NCBI GenBank assembly: GCA_951406725.2
Contig: CATOCA020000002.1
Span: 1,116,001-1,180,000 of the forward strand
DNA: 64,000 nt
Source: Octopus vulgaris
Taxonomy: Eukaryota
Direction of reading: 5' to 3'
Position 1 is the first letter of the stretch, and the number at the start of each line of letters is the position of its first letter. The translations under genes and the position numbers were made by a program. Below the pieces are notes generated by a model that saw only the letters and a program-made list of their open reading frames with translations, ran no database searches and was not told where the DNA came from. Shown one piece after another: positions 11,370 through 24,296 of the stretch.

Positions 11370-13790
11370 GGCGCTGAATTGCACCCCTCCTCCCCACATT
11401 TCCTTCCCAGTTTTCAGAGTTGGCACTGTCAATGTTGGTACACTGAAAGGTAGGTCTAGTGAGATTGTAGAGATGCTTGAGAGAAGACGGGTTGATGTAT
11501 GCTGCATGCAAGAGGTAAGATGGAGAGGTGCTTCAGCTAGGGTCCTCACAGGCAAGGCACATAGGTATAAAGTCTTCTGGCAAGGTAACATGGATGTAGG
11601 CATTCTTCTTGCGGAGAAATGGGTGGATAAGGTCATAGAGGTTGTCAGGGGTTACGATAGAGTGCTTAAGCTCAGGTTAGTCCTACAGAGTGGCACAGCT
11701 ACGATTATCTCCGCCTATGCCCCACATGCAGGGCTACCAAATGATCAGAAGGACCACTTTTATGATACCCTTCTACAGGCTACCTCAAAGACTAGTGGCA
11801 AGGACCTCATCTTTGTGGGTGGAGACTTTAATGGGCATGTTGGGCGGGAATCGGGTATCTTCACTGGGGTACACGGTGGCCATGGTATTGGCACCAGAAA
11901 TGATGAAGGAACTAGACTACTGGAATTCTGTGATGCACGTAACCTTTTAAATCTGCAACACTAACTTCAGGAAGCCTGACTGCCACCTTATAACTTATCA
12001 GTCAGGAGACTCCGCTAGCCAAACAGACTTCATCCTCACCAGACAGCGGGATGCAGGGTCACTCTTAAATACAAAGACCCTCCCGGGTGAAGAGTGTATC
12101 CCTCAGCATAGGCTAATCATTAGTGACTTTAGGCTTGAGGTCAGAAGGATACCAAGAAACAGACCAATCCAGAAAAGAAGGATTTGGAAGCTAAAGAACC
12201 CTTCACATGGTCAGAGATTTAGGGACATCCTCATCAAGAAATTTGATGAGAGGGAGGAGGAGCTACAGACGTCGGACATAGAAGGTAGCTGGAAATTCCT
12301 ACGGGACAGCTTGCTGAGTGCCACAGACCAAGTCTGTGAATGGTGCAAAGTCCCTTCCAGACCTAGAGTTACGTGGTGGTGGAATAGTACAGTAGACAAA
12401 GCCATTAGAGCAAAGAAACAGGCCTGAAAAGCCTGGAGGGATGGGGGTAGCAGGGAACCGTACCAAGTAGCCAAAAGGAAGGCCGGGCGGCAGGTATACA
12501 TAGCCAAAGATATAGCAGAAAAGAAGAAGTTTGCCAATGTCCAGCGTCGTGAGGACCAAAGAACTGAGGTATTTCGGATTGCTAGACAGTGTGTGAGAGA
12601 AAATAGTGATGTTACAGGAGAGAAATGTGTCCGCATGGATGATGGGGCACTTGCTTTTAATGTTGGTGAAAAGAAAGAGGCTTGGATAAGCCATTATGAA
12701 AGACTGCTGAATGTGGAGAATGAATGGGAGGAGAGCCTGCCAAATGTTGACCCAGTAGAGAGACCAGCTATCCAAATAGACAGCTCCCTTGTAGTTAAGG
12801 CAATTAAGGGTATGAAACCAAGTAAAGCCCCGGCCCATCAGGTATTTACTACTGAGATGCTTAAAACAGCTGGTTATGTGGGCTATGGCCTAGTCACCCG
12901 TATTGTAAACCAGGTAGTTCATAATGGAGTCATACCCAATGACTGGCGTAGCAGCATCATAGTCAACTGCTACAAGGATAAGGGTGATGCTCTAGATAGA
13001 AATAACTACAGGGGTATTAAACTGTTGGATCAGGTGATGAAGGTCACAGAAAGGGTCATAACCCATCTCATTAGGGAGAGGATTTGCTTAGATGAGATGC
13101 AGTTCGGTTTTGTGCCGGGTAGAAGCACCACTGATGCTATATTCCTGGTCCGACAACTGCAGGAGAAGTACCTAGCTAAAGATAAACCCCTCTACATAGC
13201 TTTTGTGGACTTGGAGAAAGCCTTTGACAGGGTTCCCCGACCCCTTATCTGGTGGTCGATGCGGAAACTGGAGATTGACGAATGGCTAATAAGGGCTGTA
13301 CAGGCTCTATACAGAGAGGCTGTCAGCAAGGGTAGGATTGGCAATGAATATAGTGAAGAATTCCGGGTAGAAGTAGGTGTACACCAAGGCTCAGCCCTCA
13401 GTCCCCTTTTATTCATCATGGTCCTCTAGGCAATAACAGAGGAATTCAAAACAGGTTGCCCCTGGGAGCTCCTCTATGCTGATGACCTGGCTCTCATAGC
13501 AGAATCACTACCGGAACTAGAAAAGAAATTTCGGGTGTGGAAACAAGGGTTAGAATCAATGTAAATGTAGCGAAGACCAAAGTTATAGTAAGCAGAAAGG
13601 CGAACTCAGCACACACCCCATCGGGCAGGTGGCCCTGCTCGATCTGTAGGAAAGGTGTAGGTAGAAACTCCATAAGATGCACCCAGTGTAAGCTATGGAC
13701 GCATGAGAGGTGCAGCAACATCAAAGGGAAATTAACTGATAAGATAGCTTTCATGTGCGGCAGATGCACAGGGACAATAGACACCATAAT
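11370..13790 (+). mobile_element. RTE-clade LINE (APE + RT + PHD-like finger), 3'-truncated, disrupted
   Basis: VGTVNVGTLKGR, CCMQEVRWRG, GGDFNGHVG, NYRGIKLL, QFGFVPGRSTTDAIF, FVDLEKAFDRV, GVHQGSALSPLLF, LYADDL and WPCSICRKGVGRNSIRCTQCKLWTHERC. Confidence 0.93.
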
Positions 13791-14024
13791 AGAGACCATA
13801 GAGACCATAAAGATAATTTTTATTCAGGCCCTAAAGTTAGATTAGTTTGTCCGTGTAAATCTGACCTTTGAAAAGATACAAATATTATAGGCATCCTCCC
13901 CACACACTAACTAAACATAGACGCACATAGAGGTATAAGCATGCGCAAATGAAGACATACAATAGAAATACAAAATGGCTGACGGTTAGTAAGGAGAGAC
14001 ACAAATAAGAAAGAAGAAAACAAA

Positions 14025-14069
14025 GGACCACTGATGCGGTCACAGGAGTGTGACGAAAGAACTCTGGCC
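14025..14069 (+). ncRNA. Hammerhead-like motif (type I, deviant core)
   Basis: GGACCA-CTGATGC-G-GTCACA(GGAG)TGTGAC-GAAA-G(AA)CTC-TGGCC; A9 is replaced by C. Confidence 0.45.
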
Positions 14070-14184
14070 GAACACTGAAGCAAAATAACACCAAATATAT
14101 AGTGCATGTGTTTTTATTGGCTAAACTGGCAAAATGACCATTCCGAAATATAACAATATATATATATATTTATATGTATGTATG

Positions 14185-14225
<41 letters not shown>

Positions 14226-14228
<3 letters not shown>

Positions 14229-14456
14229 ATGTTTCCAAGTAGAAATAACATTACATTTAACGGAAGGAAGTGAAACATAACGAAGAAATAGAATGACCCT
14301 GAACAATTGTTTCATTACTAATGTAATATGTAATTTTACTTACATAGACATCTATAAATCATCAGCAGAAACAATTGTTCAGGGTCAATCTATTTCTTCG
14401 TTATGTTTCACTTTCCTTCCGTTAAATGTAATGTTATTTCTACTTGGAAACATCTT
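14226..14456. repeat. Inverted repeat, ~88-bp arms with a 54-bp spacer
   Basis: 14226-14313 is the reverse complement of 14368-14456 with only one substitution and one indel. Confidence 0.95.
14299..14368 (-). ncRNA. Type I hammerhead ribozyme motif with long stem II
   Basis: Minus strand: CTG-CTGATGA-[imperfect hairpin TATGTAA/TTACATA]-GAAAC(AATT)GTT-CAG; stem III lies within palindrome AACAATTGTT. Confidence 0.6.
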
Positions 14457-14626
14457 TTCTGTGGCTATACTAACGGAGCTATTTTTAGCACTAGAGCTAT
14501 CCACATAGTGGTAACTCTCTAATAATTTATGTATAAATTTGTATTATCTCCCTAGTTTTACGTGCTAAGCCACTTGGTGTTAAATTAATGGTATTATTAA
14601 ATTAATATCAATTTTTCACCCTCATT

Positions 14627-14671
<45 letters not shown>

Positions 14672-14677
<6 letters not shown>

Positions 14678-16620
14678 TTAGAGATAAAACCACTATTAGG
14701 CAAATCAAACAGTGAAAAACCAAAACATAGAAATAAAATTAATTAATATAATATACAAAATATAAAATTCAAAATTTAAATAATTAAAATTTAAAAAATT
14801 ATTTAATTCCACGAGTATTCTTATAAACGCTGAAAAGACGTTTTCCGATTTAAAATTTTAGTTCATCACAAAACCTCGCGAAGCTAAGTATATATTTATA
14901 TTTAAGATTTTTAAAATTTAAATATTTTAATAAGCCTTATAGTATAATATTGTATTTTATATAAATACTGATGGTTATGTAATGATTTAGTTATCGTAGT
15001 TTTTTCTATATAATTAATAGATTTTAACAGTTATACGAGTTTTTTTTAAAGTTAGGTTTCATGTATATACATGTATTGATAGCATAAATTTTAGTCTTAA
15101 ATAACTATATTTGTTGATAGTTATTTAAAAATTTTTATAATTGTTATTATAACATATATTATTTTTAAAATTGATAATTGGTAGTAATATTTTTTCCATT
15201 GATAAATATGTTCGTAGTATTTTTTTATACTATATAACTATGGATTGATTATTTCATTAAGTATTTTATTATTCCATTTTAGTTTCTTAACTATACGATT
15301 TTTGAAAGTTATTAGTTCGCCAACGAGGTATATGGATCATTAATTAGTTATAGCGTTCTTTTAAGATTGTTTGTTTGTTTGATTACAATTAGCTATTTCA
15401 TCTTTAATCTTTTAATATTTTTATAAGTAATAATGAATAATTAATTTATTAGGTCTTTATTATACGTGCATATATATTTATAGATAGAGATAATTTTAGA
15501 TCTTAATTCTTATATTTATATACATTTATATATTTTCATTGATAATTTCGTTATTATTCAAATATTATATAATTATTTGACTTGAAATTATATTTAATAA
15601 TATGAATAGTCATTTTTTTTATAACTGAGATTAGATTATTTGTGGGTTTCTTACCTTAAAAATTAATACTTAAAAATTAATATTTAACATTATAATCGAC
15701 TGTATGACATAATCATAATCGTTAAAGTTTCTAGTTTGATAATAGAGTTTTTTTATAAGATAAATTATTATTTTATTTATTTATCAAAAAATATTGTTTA
15801 AATATTTTTGATTATTTATTTAAATATTATCATTAACCTGAAGATTGAATAAACCATAATTCGAATTATTAATTGAATTTAAATTATTGTTATTCGAATT
15901 AGGTTATGGGCATGAAACGATCGAAGTGGTTTTACTCTTTATCTTATTTTAAACTTTTTAATACTTTTTGATAGTTATATTTATAAAAAATTAAAATAAT
16001 AATAATAATAGAAATAAAAATAATATATATATATATTAATTTATAAGTATAAATTAATAATTTAAATAATTTTTAAAATTTTAATTATTTAAATTTTGAA
16101 TTTTATATTTTGTATATTATATTAATTAATTTTATTGCTATGTTTTGGTTTATGTTTTTCACTGTTTGATTTGCCTAATAGTGGTTTTATCTCTAATTTA
16201 ATATATTAATATATATATTTATTGTAAAATTAGATTTAATCCTAGATCTAATTTTTCCCTGTAAGTTTGGATTTACTCCCTAATATTATTATTATTATTA
16301 TCATTATTATTATTATTATTATAATTAATATATTGATAAATTACGTTTATTGAGTGTAATATCTCAATTTCGTAAATTATGGAATTTACAGGTAAGATAG
16401 AACCGCTATTTTGGAATTCATCTTTGAAGGATATTCCAATACCCTCTAGAAAAGAATATATTTTGAAACTTATTAATAATATTAAGGATTTTGTTTCTAG
16501 AATTAAATGGAAATCCTACTATTATAACTATAATATATCTAATTTTAATGATAGTATGAATGATAATAATTTAACTTCTAATTTCAAATCCAAAAAAGAA
16601 CCCCCATGTGAAAAACATTA
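14672..16620 (+). mobile_element. AT-rich Penelope-like element remnant with inverted terminal segment and ORF N-terminus
   Basis: 14672-14806 is inverted at 16061-16203. ORF 16379-16621 SLKDIPIPSRKEYILKLINNIKDFVSRIKWK resembles the N-terminal motif of PLE RT ORFs. Another copy of the terminal segment is at ~26234-26405. Confidence 0.55.
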
Positions 16621-16669
16621 AATTTCGTAAACAGAAATAATGAATATTTAAGAAATTTAGCTATTAGAA

Positions 16670-17090
16670 TTATGCGGTTCTTCTTCAGTCTGGAGAACAA
16701 CCAAACACAACGGTGAGTAAAGACAGGAATGTACGGAGAAAGAGGAACGTACTGTGTTACTGGGATCGATTTGCGAATTGTCCTTGTGGCAGGTGCAGGT
16801 ATCACCGACTAAAATGGAAGAACTCTGGCTTACAGCGACGATACCTCTTCCCGAACTCCTTCAATTACCCCGAGAAAGTATTCTTTGTAGGTTGTCCGAT
16901 CAAACTGAACCCGTTGGATGTATACAATATCCTTGCTGTCAAAAAAGATCATCATGAACTTGCCTGACCTACTTGGATCTTGGGTAGGATACTTCCCTTG
17001 ATCACGCTATCTCTCGGTCGACAGTAGAACCAGCATCCGTTTCAAGTCGCCAAACACTCAAGTACTCTTAGATTGAAGATAATGTGCCCA
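16670..17090 (-). mobile_element. Mariner transposase fragment (decayed)
   Basis: Minus-strand GKFMMIFFDSKDIVY (cf. KVMLxVFFDxKGIV) and VPLSPYIPVFTHRCVWLFSRLKK (cf. PHPPYSPDLAPCDFWLFPKLK). Confidence 0.75.
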
Positions 17091-17494
17091 ACATCGCTCT
17101 GTTGTCACCAACAGAGATATAGACAGATCAGTAAGGGATCAGAAGCAGGGTAAGAAAAATGATTCAATAGTATATAGACATAAGTATACAATTATATATA
17201 TATATATATAAATATATGAATATTTTTTAAATCTTAGGGACTAATGAGCATTCCAGGTTATCGGGACATTTAATATTTAACACTTTACTAATGCAATGTA
17301 AGCAGTATCATTTATAATATTATTACAAATTTGGGATTTTACCAATAGAACCACAACTCCTATTTCAGGATAACATAGAAAATTATATCCAATAAAATAA
17401 TATAAGCATTTAAAAAAACTACTATAATATACAATAAAAATAAATATCACCTACCTGTTATTAGTCTGTGGGGAAAGAAGATATTCTTATTCAA

Positions 17495-17576
17495 CACCAC
17501 ACGTGTATCTGGCGCTGGTGAGTGTTTATCGAGGCTATACCTAATACATAAATTCACCAGTGCGTCTTCAGGCTAT
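17495..17576 (-). ncRNA. Degenerate hammerhead-like motif
   Basis: Minus strand CTGAAGA, long stem II GCACTGGTGA/TCACCAGCGC, then GATAC-ACGT-GTG (mutated GAAAC...GTH, palindromic ACACGTGT). Confidence 0.4.
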
Positions 17577-18729
17577 TTATCTTATTGTTTTTATTATTAA
17601 TAAATCATATTAAATAGAAAAATAACATGAATATAAAATATGATAAAAATATATAAATTACAAATATATTTTTGAATATTAAAAAATTTTTTAAATTTTT
17701 ATTTTAAATTTCCGAAAATTACAATACCGATAGATATGCTAAGCCTAAGGAAACCCTCAACGACATTACGGGAATTAATAATGATACGCCACCACGGGCT
17801 CTAAGTCGCGACGATGACACTCAGTAAACCGGAAATCCACCACGGGAAAGGGGGGAAGGTAGCAAACGCAGCCAGGAACCAACACAACAACAAAAGAAAG
17901 AGACATACACGGGCATTGCCTAGTTCAGCAATTTTTTTTTTAACAAAACCAAAGCATTCACAACAAAGGTTAACAACATAATACAGAGTTTGAAGAACAA
18001 ACAATTTAACATTTGACACAAAGTTCACAATCAACAGTCTCTTAGAGTTCCACTTTCCTCTTCTTTTTTTAAAAAACATTTCCAAGTTCTTTTTTTTCTC
18101 CTTTTCTTTTCAACGGTTACGTCAGAGCCTCTCTTTTTTTTTCCATTTCAACAACACATCGTTTCTTCTCTTCTTTTTTTATTTTTAAACCTATACATTT
18201 AAGTAAACATGTTTTTCTGTTTTTCATTTGAACATCAAAATTCAAAAACATACAGAAAAACATTTACCGTCGGCAACATTTTTAACTTCACAACTCCTAC
18301 TATAACAACTTGCCTGGCCGCTCGATCGTCATCTCTCTCACTACCGTCTCTCGTCCCCATCATCTCCAGCTACACCTGTCTGTCTCTGGCCGTCATCATC
18401 TCGAACTCACTCCCTTGTCCGGTCTCCGCTGACTGAACCCCTTTAACTTAAGGCTACTCGTATATATAATGTCGTCCCAGCATTTTTATTTTTAAAAACT
18501 TTCCGTGACCGTATGGGGCCATTAATAATCGTGCTCTTTGACAGGACAAAGGAAATACCATTATCCTGAACAACTGCAGCGCCGGTTCGATTCCAACTAA
18601 TGGAACAAGGGGCATAATGTTTTTTTTGTTCGTTTACATTTTCCTTGCGTCCCTAGGCTTTTCGTCGTCCCGACAAAAGCACACTACAGTCGTATCTCCA
18701 GACGACCTTCTCAACAGGTGAGCCCAACC

Positions 18730-19714
18730 TCTGAAGGCGTGCTCCAGCTGAACTGGCCAGACGGTTCGCATGAACAATTTTCGGAAGAGACCTCCTGCCT
18801 CCTCGAATCTTGTACGTCACATCGGACAGGCGATCCATCGCCGTGTAAGGCCGCTCCCAAGGACTCTGCAGCTTCAGAGACTGCCTTCTCTTCTGCCGGG
18901 GGTTGAGACCACACCTCATCATCCTCAAAGTCGACCTCAGTAGCCCTGGTGTCATGTCAACGCTTCATCACCTCACCTGAAAACTTCAGAGCCTCTCCAA
19001 CTTGTTGGTGTACCTCAGATGTTTCACATAGCTTCTTCCAGCAGCTCAGATCTCATCTTCTTGGGTATCACCAACTGCCAATACTTATTGAGGCCATCGG
19101 GTGTCTCCCAGCGCCTCTCAAGCAGCCCGTTGTTCAGACGAAGAAGGTCCCACTGGCCCCAATAGCTTTTAGTTTCAGGGCTGGACCTGGATACCTCCTC
19201 CAAAGATGGTCTCGCTGCTTCCTGCTGCAGCCACTCTACCACTGGCCATAATTCGGCATCTTCCCTCTGTACCTCTTCAGTTGACACAAATCCAGTCACT
19301 GCAGTACGTCTGCTCTTGGTACTTTGCACTTCCCCTGCTGCACAATGCCTGCAATCCGGCCCACAAAGACGACTCAAACTGTCCGCATCACCATGTACCC
19401 GCCCAGGACGGTGCTGCACCTTATAGTCGTGTTGGTCCAGTTTCCCTAGCCAGCGTTTTCCCTCCGGGTTCTGCAGTGTCCTCAACCACTTGAGTGCTGC
19501 ACAGTGCGTTCTGATGGTAAAGTGCAAACTGTACAGGTACGGACGGAAAAAGTCGATGCTCCTCTTCACCGCCAAAAGCTCCTCATAAGTTACATAGTAG
19601 TTTTGCTCGGGTGCACTAAGCTCTTTACTGAAATGCACCCCCACACGTTCCCTGTCGCCCTTCCTTGTGTCTCACCAACTGCCAATACTTATTGAGGCCA
19701 TTGGGTGTCTCCCA
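18730..19714 (-). mobile_element. Ty3/Gypsy pol fragment (RNase H, integrase N-flank, integrase C-terminus; catalytic core deleted)
   Basis: SKELSAPEQNYYVTYEELLAVKRSIDFFRPYLY, HRPGRVHGDADSLSR, YWQLVIPKKMRSELL and KLQSPWERPYTAMDRLSDVTYKI...IVHANRL. Confidence 0.9.
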
Positions 19715-19944
19715 AAGTGATGAGCAAGATATATTTAAAAATTAAAAGCTGCATTCCATACAAACTTTTAAAAGCTAGTTCCTGCAAAGGGCTAATTGAG
19801 CCTGCAGCCCAAAACTAAAGAGCGAAATAATAATAAAGCATTTACTTGTATCCTATAGTCTCAGATTTATATCACAGATTTTCACATTTGGAGAATTTTG
19901 TTTCACTGTAACATTTGGAGATCGTTGTAAAGTAGCAGGACTAA

Positions 19945-20600
19945 CACCGTTCTTGATTTTACCATTTGATGTGAGTATGAAGAGATTGTTGCCATTTCCA
20001 AATCTGGAATAACCAACATAGAGCTGACCTACATTGCAAAACTAACTTTTACTGGAAACTGAAGTCTCTTGAATTCAAAGGGTGTGTCTGTTGGAATCAG
20101 TGGAATTCTTGGAATAAACACATTTTCTCACTTTCCTCATCCAGTGAGGATTGTTGCTTCCAAAAGATATGGATGCATTTGCCTATCAGTCTTGATCTAT
20201 TGCATAGTTTTGGAGGATCCAGATTTCTTAAAAACATGATTGGAACTCCTTTCTTCAATGTCAGTTTGTGAGAAGGCATTCCAGGAGGATCCAAAGTTCA
20301 CAGTCTCATTGGAGTTCACAACAGTATCAATTGAGAAATGATTTTTTTCCCTCAATATTGATTGATTGCATAAGTTTTCAATTGACAACCTAGACAGTTT
20401 CATTCTTTGGTGCAAGTATGGCTCTTTCACAAAGCCAATCATGATCTTGAAAATTATGTTCAATGTTTGGGTAAACCTTGGTAATCAACTCTTCTACAGT
20501 TTTGATTAATATGTTACAGTTATTTAGAAAAGTGATGTCTCTTGCTGAATGCTTCCATTACCCTGATCCAGTAGCTGAGCTGCAAATTATTCAGCATCCA
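19945..20600 (-). mobile_element. Helitron RepHel PIF1-helicase C-terminal fragment (decayed)
   Basis: DWLCERAILAPKN, DPPGMPSHKLTLKKGVPIMFLRNLDPPKLCN, VFIPRIPLIPTDTPFEFKRLQFPV and GQLYVGYSR. Confidence 0.88.
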
Positions 20601-21114
20601 AATCTCTGAATAAATTGACTCCAACAAAAGTCTGATCCAACTGGAAGTCCAATCAGGCTGAAAGTTTGAGTTCTTCAATTCACAAACTCCATGGAATTTT
20701 GAAACCTCTCACTCTAACTTGGATCTAGTTTTAAATGAGCCGAATTGAAAATATTTAAAAAATTCACTAGGTTTTGGTATCACTTTAAATTGAATTTAAC
20801 TGAAAAACTTGTAAGTTCACAAAGTTCTTTTGAAATTTTAATTTTCAACTGTTAGCATATAACTAATCCTCATCCAGACCTGATCCCAATGCTGGATGTT
20901 CAAGAACCAAATGAAGGGTAGAATTTCAATCCCAGGATCATCTTGATTCCAAAAAGGTGTAATATGTCTATGTAGAGCAAATGTAGACTGAGATACAAAT
21001 GTAGACAGACAGAATTTTGCACCACCATAACAGTAATAAATACATCAGCAGCCATTTTTTCCCTGAGCAGAACAGTTTTGCTCAAGCTTGTCAGAAAGTG
21101 TTGAGTGATGCTAA

Positions 21115-21145
21115 TCAGAATGACAGAATCATCTTCCTTAACACA
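21115..21145 (-). CDS. Candidate distal alternative terminal exon of the NCAPG2-like gene (VLRKMILSF*)
   Basis: Acceptor TTCTTGCATTTCCTTCAG|; phase 2 is compatible with exon 49474-49573; ends at TGA. Confidence 0.35.
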
Positions 21146-21229
21146 CTGAAGGAAATGCAAGAAGATATTAAGAAAAAAAATTATATATAAATATATATCA
21201 TTAAAGACTAGAAAACTGGGGCAAGCAAT

Positions 21230-23150
21230 GCATGTCCCAACTCTGGCAGAGTTGAGGTAAGATTCTCAATTGAAGAATTAGCCTCAACAACTCTCAAAAG
21301 TAAGAAATTGTGGCTAATTCCAACATACCTCGGTCAGAGGGTTGTCAAAATAAAGGTAGTGAAAGTGCCACCAGAAGCGGACACCTCTTTACTGGTAGCA
21401 GCAGGAACTGTGGTAACTACAGTGTCTTCAGATTGATGACTATTTATGCCCCGAGAGGCAAAACCAGATTTCTTCAGATGTCTGGAGGTTTTCCTTAGAA
21501 TGTCTTGACCTTTAGTGTTAATGAGTAACTGGAATACCATCTTCAATGCATTTTTGGATTGTGGGGCTAGCTGTTAGAAAAGAAGTTACAAAGCCTTGCT
21601 AACGTGATCTGACAGCTAACAACTGGATTTCCTGAATGTGCCAGTGTGGAATTGGGCAAATCACATTATATCTAGATAAGAATAGTATAAGTTGTCCACT
21701 TTTTAAAGTCATCAGCTACACAGACCACAAATCTGTGATATGTATGGTCCACTTAGATAGATTTTGTAGGCAAGGACATGGATACTGGAAGCTGAATGCA
21801 TCTCTCCCAGTATGCCATGCTTAGAGACCAGATTAACTAATTAGTTAAGCAGGCATTGATGGGGTCAATCATCAACAACAGTAGGGTGAATAAGGGCATG
21901 CCACTATTTATGGCAAGGAGAGGAAAGTGTTGCAAAATGCCAATAACATGAAAATACAGGATGGGCTGCAAATTGCCAGGTTTGGATGGTCTGCCTAATG
22001 AGCTTCACTTTTATATGCCAGACTTGTTTAACAGTCTCTTAGCAGTCTCTACCACAACTGGCAGCATAACAGGAGAATTCTGTGCATCAAGAAGTGGCGT
22101 GGAACTTCTGAAAAAGGACCCCAAAAAAAGAGAAAACAGAAAATTTTAGGCCCATAATGCTGTTGAACACAGATTTCAAAATTTTGGCTGAGCAAAGAGG
22201 TTGGTGCTCATCATCAAGAAACTGATTGATGAAAGCACAAACATGCACCATCCCAAGCAGATCCATACACGATAACCTCCACGTCATAGACAGGGTGGGT
22301 AAAGAAGTTGGTATGGGTGGGCCCCTGATCAATTAAATGTCTTTGATAGGGTTGACTACTAATATTTGGCAGTTGTTCCCTTGGCAGCTGGTTTTGGTCG
22401 TTTTCCATGGCCAAATCACTGCAATACACAACATCTACTCGGTAAATCGGGTGAATAGTTGAAATCATTCAGTATCATGTGCTCAGTCTGTTAAGGGTGT
22501 CTGCTCTTGTTTCTTCTGTATATACTGGCTCTAGAGCAACTACTGCAAAAATTGGAGGCATTGACAGGCATCCTACAAGAACAAGGATGTAGGAGAACTG
22601 TGATGGCATATGCAGATGACATCACCATCACACAACTTTCTTTCACATTATATGGTGATATCTGGTTTCTTTGTAACTGGAATGGGAAAGAATCTTTGGT
22701 GGCACTGCTCTAAAAGAATACAAGGCAGTAGTAGGAGCAAAATCAAGAAAAGTCAGTGGGCCTGCAGCTCAGCACCTAGGGTTCATACTGTCCAATAATG
22801 TTATGGGATGCTAGACAGAGGGACCGGTTAAACTGCTCGGGTTCTGGTTTGGTCTGCATCTCTAAGTGGAGAACTGGGATGAGGTGATAAGCAGGGTAGC
22901 CAGTCTCATCCAAAAATGGACTGAAGGAAAGGTCAAGTAGAGGAGGCAAATACTTACACCACTTTCATTACTGCTTGCTTGTGTATGTCTGACCAAACTG
23001 GAGTGCATAATCTTCCACTTAATGTGGAAGGGATACATTCCACTTGATGTCAACACAAGCTGAATGGAGGACTGGGCAAACCATGGATGTTGATACACAG
23101 ACATGCACTGAGGCAACATCTCCAGCACTTCCTTGACAGTGAGCTCTGAC
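21230..23150 (+). mobile_element. Tx1/L1-clade LINE remnant (APE + RT), heavily decayed
   Basis: IYAPRGK, DHKSV...GHGYWKLNASL, KLPGLDGLPNE, FRPIMLLNTDFKIL, IPSRSIHDNLH and AYADDIT. Confidence 0.8.
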
Positions 23151-24296
23151 CACTATATTTTTCTAAGTCTAGTGTAATGATTTCCTGTAGATAGTCAGCT
23201 TTAATGTATCAGTATCAAGTAGGTCTCTTCTGAGTGTCATTATGGACTTTGTCTAGAGCTATGCCGAAAGTTTTAAATATTGAAAGTATTCTTTCTTATT
23301 TGAATTTAGCCACAATGCATGCCATTTGAAATCTCATTTTTCATTCCAGATCTTTGACCTCCCTGTTTAATGCCTGTAGATTGAAAACAAACTTCATGGC
23401 TGTCACATTCTCAACATTCTGATGGGTTAAAGTCAAAGGTCCAAGAGGGTACCCATGTCTACTCTCAACTTCACAAGAAGTTTCTTCTTGCTGTTCACAA
23501 GTATCTGCTGCCATGAATGCACAAAAATGATGAACTCTCTGGCTGGTTTCTTCAGTGGTTTTTTGCCACTGCTGATGAGAGTAATTTGGCTCTTTATAAC
23601 ATTGAAGAGGACTTTAAGGACCAGATTTTTTCTCCATGTCTATCTATTCAATGCCAGTGAACAGTTCAAAAGAATATGTTCTGTCTTGCTAGGTTTGTAG
23701 GCAATGGCAAGACATTGTAAGATGAACAAATCAGAAAACTTAAATGTGATGTCGTCCACTTCCATATTTCATTCCAACTTATTTTTCTCTCAACTACATG
23801 TTCCTCCCATTTTGCCATCTGTCCTTATTGAGAGCACTGAATCAAATAAAGCTCTCTTCTCTCTTGGTTTGATACTATTGCTAACAATAATTCTACATTC
23901 ACTTCCCATCATACTTGAAAACTGTCTGAATCAATCTGTGCCAAATCCCTTCCGATGAATTCGCATGGCATCCACCATATCTCAATGTGTAAGTGAAGAA
24001 AGGATATCATCAGTCTCCGCTTCTACTTTCCACTTACTGGCTGTTTTTACACCAGATTTCTATGTCCTTCAACTCTCTAAGCATCATCACGATTTATACT
24101 TTCTCTACTTTATAAATTTTGACTATTGATGACAGTGTAACCATAACAATAAAGAGCGATGGCCTCATGGAGCTAATAAGCGGACAGCTTTTTTCTTATT
24201 TTTATAAGAATGCCATATTAGTATGGCGATAACTATTATTTTCCGGGAACGCTGCTGCTGTTCTCTTTTAGAAAGACTTAGTTATTTTAATATTTC

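Noticed and set aside
20900-21160. 86-aa ORF as a coding exon
   Set aside because: No recognisable similarity or donor site; only the short phase-2 frame is compatible with the gene.
23250-24110. Possible decayed minus-strand retroelement coding sequence
   Set aside because: No motif clear enough to classify by eye.
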